NCBI GenBank assembly: GCA_965198005.1
Contig: CBDAOI010000004.1
Coordinates: forward strand, 416,001 to 480,000
Direction of reading: 5' to 3'
Length of the DNA stretch: 64,000 nucleotides
Source of the DNA: Spirochaetia bacterium
GTDB taxonomy: Bacteria; Spirochaetota; Spirochaetia; SZUA-6; Bin103
The translations under genes and the position numbers were made by a program. This document shows positions 9,446-18,810 of this stretch, piece after piece. The notes beneath the pieces are model-generated. The model did not search any database. It was not told the DNA's origin and saw only the letters and a program-made list of their open reading frames with translations. Position 1 is the first letter of the stretch, and every line of letters starts with the position of its first letter.

Positions 9446-9519
9446 CGGCTCCCCTATTTTCAAGAGTCTTGACAGCTCGGGACTAACATCCGCGTCCTAC
9501 TCTCACTACCTGGATACGG

Positions 9520-9768
9520 ATGAGCAGAGGAAACGGGAAAAGACGTGGCGCTGTGATCGCTGATACCGTGGGCCGCCAGGACGGTTGGGTCGTCCGTCGC
9601 CTTTCGCCCTTCGTGGAAGGGATGTCTTCCACCACCTCGATAGGAACGGTTCTCACGTCCGAGGACGCACTTATCTCAGATTGGGTGAAGTTGGGCGAGG
9701 ACATGCACACCAGTGCCTGGGTGATACTTGGAACCTCTGACAACGACGACCGCAGCCGATCGACTTGA
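9520..9768 (+). CDS. Small hypothetical protein
   Basis: SEDALISDWVKLGEDM resembles small ORFs recalled upstream of DUF2335 genes. Confidence 0.4.
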   Translation: MSRGNGKRRGAVIADTVGRQDGWVVRRLSPFVEGMSSTTSIGTVLTSEDALISDWVKLGEDMHTSAWVILGTSDNDDRSRST

Positions 9769-9774
9769 GCGAGC

Positions 9775-9962
9775 CACCCACCGAGCCTGCTGCAACTACG
9801 CCCAGGAGCGCCATGTACTGGATGAACGCAAACCATGCCCCGCGGTTCTCCACCCTGCGGCGATGGCTTCCTTCGGCGAAGAACTGGTCGAGTATACGCC
9901 CGGCCGAGCCAGGGACCAGCTGTTCGTACTCCCGCATGATGGACGGCGGGAGCATGGGCACC
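9775..9962 (-). pseudogene. DUF2335-like membrane protein fragment
   Basis: PMLPPSIMREYEQLVPGSAGRIL...E..HRR. Confidence 0.6.
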
Positions 9963-9974
9963 GTTACCTGGACG

Positions 9975-10235
9975 CCCAATCCGGCACGCGTGTTGGAGCT
10001 GGTTGAGCGCGGCGTCATAGCCCCTGCCTTTCGGATCGAAGAGCACGCCGCCCCCGTCTTGCGCCTGCTGAACAAGTATGCCGATCAACAGATGCAGTTC
10101 GCCGACGCTTGTCTGGTCCGCATGTCGGAGATCACCAGCGTCAGCCGCGTATTCACGATCGATCGCACTGATTTCAGTGTCTACCGACGCTTCGAGCGGC
10201 GCGTGATCCCCCTCATCGCACCACGCGAGGCCTAA
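9975..10235 (+). pseudogene. PIN/VapC toxin C-terminal fragment
   Basis: KYAD..M.FADACLV...VFTID..DF.VYR. Confidence 0.75.
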
Positions 10236-10377
10236 CGCGGCGCTGCGAAGCCGACTTGTCGCGGAGCTGTGAGAACCAAAGCTACGCGACCCCGCCCGTA
10301 GTCCCGGCTGCAACCGGCGTACAGCGGGCTGCGACGATGCCTTGCCCGATGCCACAGAATATGGTATACATGATGGC

Positions 10378-10650
10378 ATGAGAGCAACCATTGATCGTGC
10401 CGGCCGTATCGTTGTGCCCAAGGCGATTCGCGACGCAGCAAATCTGCGCGCCGGCACCGAGGTCCAGTTTCGCGTGCAGGGTGGCCATGTGGAGATCGAA
10501 CCTGTCCCGCTGACGGTCACCCTCCAGCGCCGTGGCTCGCTCGTGGTCGCGGTACCTCAGGCGAACCAGCCAGTCATGCGCACGGCAGACGTGGACAAGA
10601 CGATTGCGGAGCTCCGCAACGGACCGATGGCGCCGGAACCGACGGGGTGA
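10378..10650 (+). CDS. AbrB/MazE-type antitoxin
   Basis: MRATIDRAGRIVVPKAIR; ATGCCA/TGGCAT inverted repeat upstream. Confidence 0.9.
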   Translation: MRATIDRAGRIVVPKAIRDAANLRAGTEVQFRVQGGHVEIEPVPLTVTLQRRGSLVVAVPQANQPVMRTADVDKTIAELRNGPMAPEPTG

Positions 10651-11078
10651 CTCGCTATCTTTGTGATACCAGCGCCCTGATCGCGGCGGTGAGCTCATGG
10701 CATGAACATCACGATCGCACACGTGTCGAGCTTGAGCGCCGAAAGCGCAGCAACGAGGAGTTAGTCGTCGCCGCCCACTCCTTGGCCGAGACCTATGCAG
10801 TTCTTACGCGATTGCCGGCGCCGCATCGGCTCCGGGCTGCTGATGCCATCGCCCTTATCGAGAGGAACTGGAAGGACACGCCAATCATACACCTGACCGG
10901 ACTCGAGATGTGGAATGCACTGCGTGAAGCGCAGCAGCGCACGCTGATCGGCGGGCAGATGTATGACGTGCTCATCGCGGTAGCCGCACTGAAGGCCGAA
11001 GCATCGACGATCATTACCTGGAACGTGCGCCACTACGAAGCCTTCGTACTGAGTATCGCCGTGGAGGCACCACCATAG
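10647..11078 (+). CDS. vapC: VapC family PIN toxin
   Basis: DTS.LIA, E.YAVLTRLP, GG..YD.LI, T.N.RHY. Confidence 0.9.
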   Translation: MTRYLCDTSALIAAVSSWHEHHDRTRVELERRKRSNEELVVAAHSLAETYAVLTRLPAPHRLRAADAIALIERNWKDTPIIHLTGLEMWNALREAQQRTLIGGQMYDVLIAVAALKAEASTIITWNVRHYEAFVLSIAVEAPP

Positions 11079-11112
11079 GCATCGTGGTAAACGAACGCAC
11101 ACCTACAGATCG

Positions 11113-11141
11113 TTGACACTACGAAGCCAAACGAATACTAT
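11113..11141 (+). promoter_or_regulatory. Sigma70-type promoter
   Basis: TTGACA-N17-TACTAT. Confidence 0.75.
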
Positions 11142-11161
11142 TGAATACAGAGAGGTTCGAG

Positions 11162-11404
11162 ATGCCAAAGACCGTCACCGTCCGCCTCGACGAAGATACC
11201 TATCAGATGATTCGCAGCGCTGCCGAAGGCCAAATGCGCAGCATCTCAAACTTCATCGAGTACGCTACTCTGTCCTATCTTGCCGAGGAAGCGTTCGTGT
11301 CTGACGACGAGATGTCCGACATTCTTGCCGATACCGACTTACTGGCTACTTTGAAGAGGGCTCGATCCGACCTAGCCGGCAAACAGTACAAGATTGTCGA
11401 GTAA
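11162..11404 (+). CDS. CopG/RHH antitoxin
   Basis: KTVTVRLDE...RSISNFIE; precedes RelE. Confidence 0.85.
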   Translation: MPKTVTVRLDEDTYQMIRSAAEGQMRSISNFIEYATLSYLAEEAFVSDDEMSDILADTDLLATLKRARSDLAGKQYKIVE

Positions 11405-11666
11405 GTATTCGATCGCGGAAACAGAGACGTTTCGGAGATCCCTACGCAAGAACAAGAACTACGCCTCGCTGTCGAAGCGGATTCGAGAAGTAGTATACCC
11501 GGTTCTCCGGCGAGAGCCACACTTTGGACCCAACATCAAACGGCTGAAGGGTGAGTTCAGCGACTTCTATCGCTATCGCGTCGGTGATCACCGGCTGTTC
11601 TACACGATTGACGAAACACAGATCGTCGTACTCATTGTAGTCGGGATTCTTGGCAAAGGTGATTGA
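11394..11666 (+). CDS. RelE/ParE family toxin (last residues replaced by antisense binding-protein DNA)
   Basis: NIKRLKG...YRYRVGDHRLFYTID. Confidence 0.85.
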   Translation: MSSKYSIAETETFRRSLRKNKNYASLSKRIREVVYPVLRREPHFGPNIKRLKGEFSDFYRYRVGDHRLFYTIDETQIVVLIVVGILGKGD

Positions 11667-12431
11667 GCTGCTCTCGACCCAATCGGTCATCATGAACGGT
11701 CCGGTGCCGACCAGGTTCCTCCAGTCGGTAACGTCGCCGTGTTGCTTGATGACCTCGGGGGCGTTCATGAAGGCATAGATGTCGTCGAGCAGTACCACCA
11801 GCGCATCAAGGGGTGGCTTCCTCAACTTGAAGACGACCGTATATTCGTCGGTGGCCGTTATCGATTCGAATTGCATCCCGGCGAGTCGGGCCGCTTGGGC
11901 GGGAGGTTCGGTGAAGCCGCTGCCGGTACCGCTATAGCGGTGGAAGTTGAACACGATATCCTCGGCAACCAGCTCGCGCCCGTTCATAGGGGGTTTGTCG
12001 TGCCAGCGAACGCCCTCGCGGATGTGGAAGATGACGGTGCTGGGATCAGGCTGTTCCCAGCTTTCCGCCAGGGCCCCGGCATAGTGTTCTTCGAGCAGAA
12101 ATTCATTTGCAAGGTCATTCACGCTTCTATCTATTGCCCAGTTCCCGTGGCCTAGTTTCTCTATGACGCCACTGACCGCTTTTGATGCCCCGTACCCCGC
12201 GATCGACATGTCAGCATTCGGAGGCTCGTACTGGTAGACGAAGGTCAATGTCCCGCCGTACTGTGGCGCCACTACCACCTTGCCGTTGGTGGGGTCGGTG
12301 ACATACTTCTTGTCGGCGGCGGACGCCGACTCCTCTTCTGCGCCAGCGGCCCAGAGGCCGGTCGCGGTCAGGACGAGGACCACCGCAACCGCGAAGGTCC
12401 GTGAAATGAGCATCTTCATTGTTTTCTCCAT
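11640..12431 (-). pseudogene. Family 5 ABC binding protein, N-terminal ~260 aa only
   Basis: Paralog of 4801-6606; similarity stops at KNPDY where it meets relE. Confidence 0.85.
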
Positions 12432-12445
12432 CCAAAGTGATTATT

Positions 12446-12651
12446 GAGAGTATTGCGGAGCGAATTGCCGCTCCCTGGCTACTCTGACGCCCGCAACCGC
12501 GGGCGCGCCCGCTAACGCAGACGGCCAGTGTGAGTCAATGCTTTGAAGCGCGCGGCGTGTGACTCACCGGGTGAGCGGGAACCAGGCCCGTAGTTCGCCC
12601 GGGCTCACGCCGCGCGCGCCTACGGTTCTTTCAGTGTCATGCGAACCTCCT
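12446..12651 (-). promoter_or_regulatory. Conserved leader copy 2 with micro-ORF MTLKEP* (12620-12640)
   Basis: Reverse complement aligns with 4610-4776; AGGAGG SD. Confidence 0.7.
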
Positions 12652-12896
12652 GCTGTTCTAGATCTACGTCGGGAGCTGCGTTGCAACGCGACGCGGGGCG
12701 GTGGTCGGCCGAGCAACGCATGTGGATGACCGGCGACGAGGGCGGTCGGTTCTGTGACGGTGAGTTGGGGGGCGGGGATCCAGGACCGATGCGGTCGTAG
12801 CCGGCGGCTGCCCCCTTGCTCCCGGCGAGGGTGCCCGCCGCGGCGTGTATAGGGCGATCAGCCGGAGCGGTTAGTTGTTTGTCGGTTCGAAAAGCT

Positions 12897-12913
12897 GGGG
12901 GGGGGGGGGGGGG
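12897..12913 (-). repeat. Poly-C tract on the minus strand (17 nt)
   Basis: Same position relative to its gene as 4288-4306; flank cgaaccga.aaacaact.accgctccggctgatcgc shared. Confidence 0.95.
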
Positions 12914-13004
12914 ACCACGCACTCGAAGCTGCCGATCTTTCGGCGCCCGCCCCGCACTGTGGGCACGACCTCCTCGCACTCGTCATCCAGCGCTCCCCGT
13001 CGGG

Positions 13005-13260
13005 ATGCGCGCCTGCGGCGGCGTAGGTGACCACGCGCGGGCACGCGGATCGCCGTCCACCCCAGCCACCAATGTTCGAACGGGTCGGCATCCCAGCTTC
13101 CCTAGCGCTCGATCACGTCGGCGCCGGCATCCTTCCGCTTCGCCACGGCCGCGCCGCCCCCGTGCGTGCGCGGCCGACTGAGAGCCCCCGGGCTTGACGC
13201 CGGATGCTCGGTGACCTCCTCCCGTGATGCCCTCCCTGGCCCCACGGGTGTGCATGCGCC
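13005..13260. repeat. Degenerate ~250-bp element, copy 3
   Basis: gcgcgcctgcggcggc, gctcgatcac, ggcatcctt, tggccccacgggtg blocks. Confidence 0.65.
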
Positions 13261-14100
13261 GTCGGCTATTCCGGAGGCGCGCCCGGAACGCGCCCGACCA
13301 GGTCGACCAGCGCCGGGCCGTGTACGGGCGTGAGCTCACCGGTCAGCTCGAAGTAGCGCCTGGCATCGCAGCGTCTGCGCATCATCGGGCGCCGCAGACC
13401 GAGCCGGCGAAGTGTACCGAGTAGGTGGCCCCGTAGAGCTGGCCCCGAGAAGCGCGCCAGGTACTCGCCGGAGCGACCGGCGACCGCACCGATCTCGACG
13501 CTGATCTCTCGTCTCTCATCGGCGCACTCTCAATACTCATCGTCACAGCGAAGCCGGGCACCAGGTAACTCATCACACGACTGACGCGTCGTCCGTTCGT
13601 GGGCCCCGTCTGACGCGGTCCTCCGCGCGCACAGACACAGGCTTTCCCGTGCCATGGAGGCTGCGGGCGGTTGGGCGCGTCCGGAGTCCGCGACGATTCA
13701 GCCCAGCGGCGCCGGGCCCTCGGAGAATTGCCATCGCTCCTGAAACCGTGCCCATCCCTCTCATCGGCGGCTAGTCACGAAACTACGTGTAGCTATCACC
13801 CTTCGACGGGGTGCGGCCGGATGTGGCGACGGCGCGGTTGAGACGCCAGCCGCGTGGTGACGATTGCCGGTTGCCGGTGAGGTGAGGCTACCGGACCTGC
13901 GACAGGTCGACGGCAACGTCCGCGGGCGTCGCCATTGCCAACCGATCGGTGTGAGCGCCACGCCCCACGTGGTTACCCCGTTCCACGTGATAGGCCAAGA
14001 CCTGCTGTGCGTCGGGATCGGCTCGGCGAGATTCGCCCGACATGCTCGGTCAAGAACCGTCTGTCGAGTATGATCGGAACCTCAATTTGCGAGCACGTTG

Positions 14101-14394
14101 ATGATCACGTTTGAATGGGACGATAGGAAGGCAATCTCAAATGAGCGTAAGCACGGAGTGAACTTCTTTGAGGCAACCAGCGTGTTCGATGACCCTCTTG
14201 CCCTCACCGTTCCTGATGCACAGCACTCCACGCCTGAGGAAGAGCGATGGATCACCAGTGGACGGGCATCATCAAATCGGCTACTCGTCGTGGTCTACAC
14301 CCACGCGTACAAGAAAGAGAACGACGAGTTGATTCGGATCATCTCCTCTCGGCTGGCGACCGCCGCGGAACGAAAGGAGTATACTGAGGGGTAG
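14101..14394 (+). CDS. brnT: BrnT family toxin
   Basis: FEWD..K...N.RKHGV.F.EA..VF.DP...IRIIS.R.AT..E. Confidence 0.92.
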   Translation: MITFEWDDRKAISNERKHGVNFFEATSVFDDPLALTVPDAQHSTPEEERWITSGRASSNRLLVVVYTHAYKKENDELIRIISSRLATAAERKEYTEG

Positions 14395-14395
14395 T

Positions 14396-14674
14396 ATGGG
14401 GATGCGCGACGAATACGACTTCACAGGTGGCAAACGAGGTGTCTTCTATCGCCCCGGACAACCCAAGCGGTTTGTGATCGCTTTGGATCACGTGCCACAC
14501 CCGGCGAGCTTTGAAATCTCACAGAATGAGAACGACGAGTACACCTTTTCTCTCAAGCTCGAGACTGGGGAAGTCGTTTTTTCGCGTGGCCCATTCCGGT
14601 CTCGCGAAGAGGCCCTGCAGTGTATCGAACACCTGAGGGAGAGCGTGATCGCTGCCGAGACAATCGGGGTCTGA
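14396..14674 (+). CDS. BrnA-like N-terminus fused to a YegP/DUF1508-like domain
   Basis: MRDEYDFTGGKRG then FEI...YTFSLK..GEV......F.SRE.A...IE. Confidence 0.65.
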   Translation: MGMRDEYDFTGGKRGVFYRPGQPKRFVIALDHVPHPASFEISQNENDEYTFSLKLETGEVVFSRGPFRSREEALQCIEHLRESVIAAETIGV

Positions 14675-14689
14675 CCATTCGAGCTGCTG

Positions 14690-14968
14690 CGACAGCGGGT
14701 GCCTTCGTCGTCGGCCCAGTCGAGCAACAAGTCGAGGAGCATGGCATCGTCGTAGATGCCGTAATGGTTCGGGTGCGGCCAGTTGCTCGCCCACAGCCTG
14801 CGCTCCGGCGCGGCTCGCACGAGCTCCCGGGCCGTGGCGCGTAGATCGGCAACAGCGGTTGCCCGGCCGCAGTCGACTCGAATGGCGCCCACAGCTTGAC
14901 CCAGCACCTGCCGCCACCGACGAGGCCCAGCAACGACCGAAAGGTGCCGTGATCGACGCCGACCGGCG
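14690..14968 (-). pseudogene. Amidohydrolase_2 C-terminal fragment, frameshifted
   Basis: CWVKL.AP and APER.LWASNWPHP in different frames. Confidence 0.7.
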
Positions 14969-14969
14969 G

Positions 14970-15314
14970 CATAGCGATCAGGCGCTCCTTCTCGGCCGCG
15001 TGCGTCATCACGCTGCGCAGGTACGCCTTGATGATGGTGCGGTACTCGCCGGGCAGCGCGTCGGCCTGGAGGAACAGCTCGGCGAGCCTGAGGTCGTGAT
15101 AGCGGAAGTCGGCCTTCTGACCGACCAGCAGATACTCGAGGGGCACGTTGAAGAACTGACACAGCTTCACTGCGTTCTCGAACGAGGGCATGACGCGGTC
15201 GGCCTCGTAGGAGGCGAGGTTGTTGTGGGAGATGCCGACCGCATCGGCGAGCCGGCGGTAGGAGAGCCCTGACTGCTTTCGGAGGCCCTTGAGGTGGATG
15301 CCGAGCGAAGCCAT
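14970..15314 (-). CDS. XRE family HTH regulator (stop lost, runs into amidohydrolase fragment)
   Basis: LK.LRKQSGLS...LADAVGIS....SYE....PS. Confidence 0.8.
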
Positions 15315-15546
15315 AGCTGCAGCATACGCACAATCGTGCGAAAAATTGTACCGGAAGGGTTGCCACGCACTCCTATATAGGGTACTAATACGTCCTGTAT
15401 TGTTGCGCCGACCAGGTCGCCGAGCATCTGGCGCGCGACGAGGAGCTACGCGAGAAGCGAGAGATTTCGCTGCAGCTATGACCAAGGATGGAGAGGAAGG
15501 CTCCGTGGCGGTACCACGGAGCCGATCGAAGGGGAGTGCGACCTCG

Positions 15547-16479
15547 CTACGCGACGAGCACCAGGACTACGCCCGCCACCGCCAGCAGGGTGCCGGCCAC
15601 GGTCAGCGCGCCCGGCGGCTCGCGCAGCAGCAGGGCACTCAGAGGAGCCGCGTACAAGGGTGCCGTGGCGCCGATGATGGCGGTGAACGTGACCCCCACC
15701 AACTTGATCGATTCCACGTACAGCGTGCCGACCACCACCCAGCCAAGCAGACCGCTCAGGACGAGATACCACAGCGTGCGGCGGTTGCGGAGCACTCGTT
15801 CGGCAGCGTCGAGTGCGCCCGGACGCCGCAACGCCACGCCCAGCGAGAGCAGCGCGGCCACGGGCACGCGCACGGCGTTCACGGCCAGGGTGGTCATGCC
15901 CTCGACGGCAATGGCGGTGAGGATAACCTCCAGACCCCAGGCGGCCGCGGTGGCAGCGGCCAGCAGCAGTCCCGTCGTAAGCTGTCTCCGGGCCACGTCG
16001 GGGACATCCTTCGCCGCGGTCGGTAGCGGCTTGCGCGCCATCCCCGGCGCGCGCTCCGGCAGCGACAGCAGCGTAGCACCCCCCACCACCAGGAACGCGC
16101 CGACGATCGCCGGCGGACGCGGCGCGTCACCCCAGAGCAGAAACGCGAACAGCATGGTGAAGATGGGGAAGCTGCAGGTCACGGGGACGGTGCGCGCTAC
16201 GCCCACCAGGCGCAACGCCGTCACGCTGCAGGTGTCTCCCACCAGCCCGCCTACCACGATGGCGGCTACGATTATCAGGACTCGCGTGGGCGTGAAGGCG
16301 GCGGCTCCGGGAGTGCCGGCCACCAGGAACCAGGCCACTACCACCATCGCTCCCAGCAACGCGCGCAGCCCGTTGAGCACGAACGCGTCCAGCCGCAGCG
16401 ACAGGTGGCGCAACAGAACACTCGTGACCCCCCAGCTCACGGCGTGGGCGAAGGCGACGAAGATGCCCCATCCGGTCAT
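15547..16479 (-). CDS. DMT/EamA family transporter
   Basis: Two repeated hydrophobic halves, LLLREPP terminus. Confidence 0.85.
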   Translation of the reverse strand: MTGWGIFVAFAHAVSWGVTSVLLRHLSLRLDAFVLNGLRALLGAMVVVAWFLVAGTPGAAAFTPTRVLIIVAAIVVGGLVGDTCSVTALRLVGVARTVPVTCSFPIFTMLFAFLLWGDAPRPPAIVGAFLVVGGATLLSLPERAPGMARKPLPTAAKDVPDVARRQLTTGLLLAAATAAAWGLEVILTAIAVEGMTTLAVNAVRVPVAALLSLGVALRRPGALDAAERVLRNRRTLWYLVLSGLLGWVVVGTLYVESIKLVGVTFTAIIGATAPLYAAPLSALLLREPPGALTVAGTLLAVAGVVLVLVA

Positions 16480-16614
16480 CGGGACGGACCTCGGGACACG
16501 TCCTACCCGCGGGTGCCCCGGCGCGCGGCGCGGGTGCTCCAGGGCAGGATGAGGCGGCTCACAGGTCGCCCCAGCGCCGTTCGGCCGCGGCCTGCAGCAC
16601 GGCGTCGCACACCA

Positions 16615-17210
16615 CAATGGGCCAGCAGGTCGCCGGTCACACCGCTGCCGGCCACGCTCTTGTCCAGCCGCCACAGGGTGTTGCCGCCCTGCGGCACGTC
16701 CGGGCTGATGGTCCAGTCCTGCAGGTAGCGCGACCGGTAGTGGAACACGCGCCCGATGCGGCCCTCGTCGACGATCTGCTTGGCCAGGGCGATGGCCGGC
16801 ACCCGGCGGTAGTTGAACCACACCATGTTGGGCCGGCCGGCGGCGGCCACCGCTGCCACCAGTTGCCGGCCCTGCGCGGCGTCCATCGCCAGCGGTTTCT
16901 CGCAGGCGATCATCTTGCCCGCGGCGGCCGCGGCGCGGCCCATTTCCAGGTGCACGTGGTTGGGGGCGCAGATGTCGACCAGGTCGACGTCGGGCCGCTC
17001 CACCACCCGGCGCCAGTCGGTGTCGGTTTCCTGCCAGCCCCAGTTGGCGGCGAACGCCTCGAGCTGGTCCTGCCGGCGCGCGCTGGCTACCTTCATCACC
17101 GGCTCGTACTCCAGGTCGAAGAAGTTGCCCACCGTGCGGTAGGCGTTGGAATGGGCGCGGCCCATGAAGCCGTAGCCGATGATGGCGACGTTCAGTTTTT
17201 TCTTGGCCAT
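16615..17210 (-). pseudogene. Gfo/Idh/MocA oxidoreductase, C-terminally truncated
   Basis: [19 protein letters not shown]; similarity ends at GDLLAH. Confidence 0.8.
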
Positions 17211-17261
17211 GGCGTCCTCGGTTACAACGAATATAATGAACGCGCCAAGTCGCGCAGAAAC

Positions 17262-17921
17262 GGCACCGCCGGGCAGTGTTTCGGGAGCGCCGGTGTGGCG
17301 GGAGCCGACCACCGCGCCCATGTAGGCGTGGCTGGTGTCGAACAGCAGCTTGAAGTTGGGGTGCCCCACCGCGTCGTGCAGGCGCACCACCTCGCTCGGC
17401 TTGTTGAGCCAGAAGCCGGGCTCGAACTCCCACATCAGGGTGACGCCGTGGTCGGCCGCGGCCGCGGCCAGCGCCTGCAGGCAGCGCACGGCGTTGGCGA
17501 ACCGCGCCTCGTAGGTGGCCGCAGCCAATGGCTCCGGCGGGCTGGCCGTATCCAGGCGCAGGGCGCCGATGCCGGCGTCGCTGCAGAACCGGAGGTAGGG
17601 CCGCAGGGTGGCGACGAACTGCCGTGGGCCGGCCAGCGCGGGCGGCGCCGCCTCCAGGTCCGGCAGGTGACCGTTCACGGCGTAGCCGGACACGCCCAGC
17701 CCCCGGTCGCCGAGGCGCGTCATCAGCTCGCGGCGCTTGGCGGCGGTGTCGTACAGGTCCGGGTGGGGATGGGGCGGCACCGCGTTGATCTCGACGCCGT
17801 CGTAGCCGTGCTCGGCGGTGTAGTCGACGAACCGCTCCCAGGACCAGGGATCGGCCTCGAACGGCCCGAACGAGAAGGCCCAGCTCCCCAGGGAGATCTT
17901 GGGAATGGTGTGGAGTCGCAT
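17262..17921 (-). pseudogene. Sugar phosphate isomerase/epimerase (xylose isomerase-like TIM barrel), truncated
   Basis: GYDGVE, WEFEPGF, LLFDTSH; C-terminal metal ligands not seen. Confidence 0.7.
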
Positions 17922-18021
17922 GACGGCAATGTGCCCCGTGGACGGCTGACTCGGCAACGGCAGGCGCGGCAGGCGCGGCGCGCTGGCGACGGACGGAATG
18001 GCGTGATAGTCTGAGCGAAGT

Positions 18022-18810
18022 ATGGATCTGGAGTTGACGGGCAAGGTCGCCATCGTAACCGGCGGCAGCTTCGGGCTCGGCCGGGCGATCGCCGCGCGCC
18101 TGGCGGCGGAAGGGGCGCGGGTGGCGATTGTGGCGCGCGGCCGCGAGGACCTGGAACGGGCCGCCACCGAGATCGCCGCGGCGAGCACCGGCGAGGTGAT
18201 TGCCGTTACGGCCGACGTGCGCGACCAGGCGCAGGTCGACGCCATGGTGCGGCAGGTGATCGATACCTGGGGCGGGATCGACATCCTGGTCAACAACGCC
18301 GGCACCTCGTCCGCCGGACCGTTCGCGACGATCGATGACGCCGTGCTGCAGGAGGACCTGGACCTGAAGCTGTTCGGCGCCGTGCACTGCACGCGTGCGG
18401 CCCTGTCCGCCCTGCTGCAGCGGCGCGGCGCGGTGGTCAACATCACCACTCCTCAGGGCAAGGCGCCGCCGGCCGGCACGATTCCGACCAGCGTCAGCCG
18501 CGCTGCCGGGATCGCCCTGACCAAGGCGCTCGCGAACGAGTACGCGGCCGCCGGTCTGCGCGTCAATACGGTCTGCGTGAACGGCTTCAAGAGCCGCCAG
18601 ATACACCGGCGCTGGGAGGCAGCCCACGCGCGCGACCCCGGGTACTCGCTGGACCAGTTCTACGCGGACGCGGGCCGCGCGATCGCGCTCGGGCGCTTCG
18701 GGGAGGCGGAAGAGGTCGCCGACGTGGTGGTGTTCCTCGCCTCGGCGCGGGCGTCGTTCGTCACCGGAACTGCAATCAACGCCGATGGCGGTTCCTCGCC
18801 GGTGGTGTAG
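18022..18810 (+). CDS. SDR oxidoreductase
   Basis: TGGS.GLG, NNAG, DGG; atypical TSVSR in place of YxxxK. Confidence 0.9.
   Translation: MDLELTGKVAIVTGGSFGLGRAIAARLAAEGARVAIVARGREDLERAATEIAAASTGEVIAVTADVRDQAQVDAMVRQVIDTWGGIDILVNNAGTSSAGPFATIDDAVLQEDLDLKLFGAVHCTRAALSALLQRRGAVVNITTPQGKAPPAGTIPTSVSRAAGIALTKALANEYAAAGLRVNTVCVNGFKSRQIHRRWEAAHARDPGYSLDQFYADAGRAIALGRFGEAEEVADVVVFLASARASFVTGTAINADGGSSPVV

Noticed and set aside
207-14674. Classical integron
   Set aside because: No IntI and no clear RYYYAAC...GTTRRRY attC sites; cargo is in mixed orientations
16503-18449. Functional isomerase-oxidoreductase fusion
   Set aside because: Both parts are C-terminally truncated; in-frame joining is better explained by deletion
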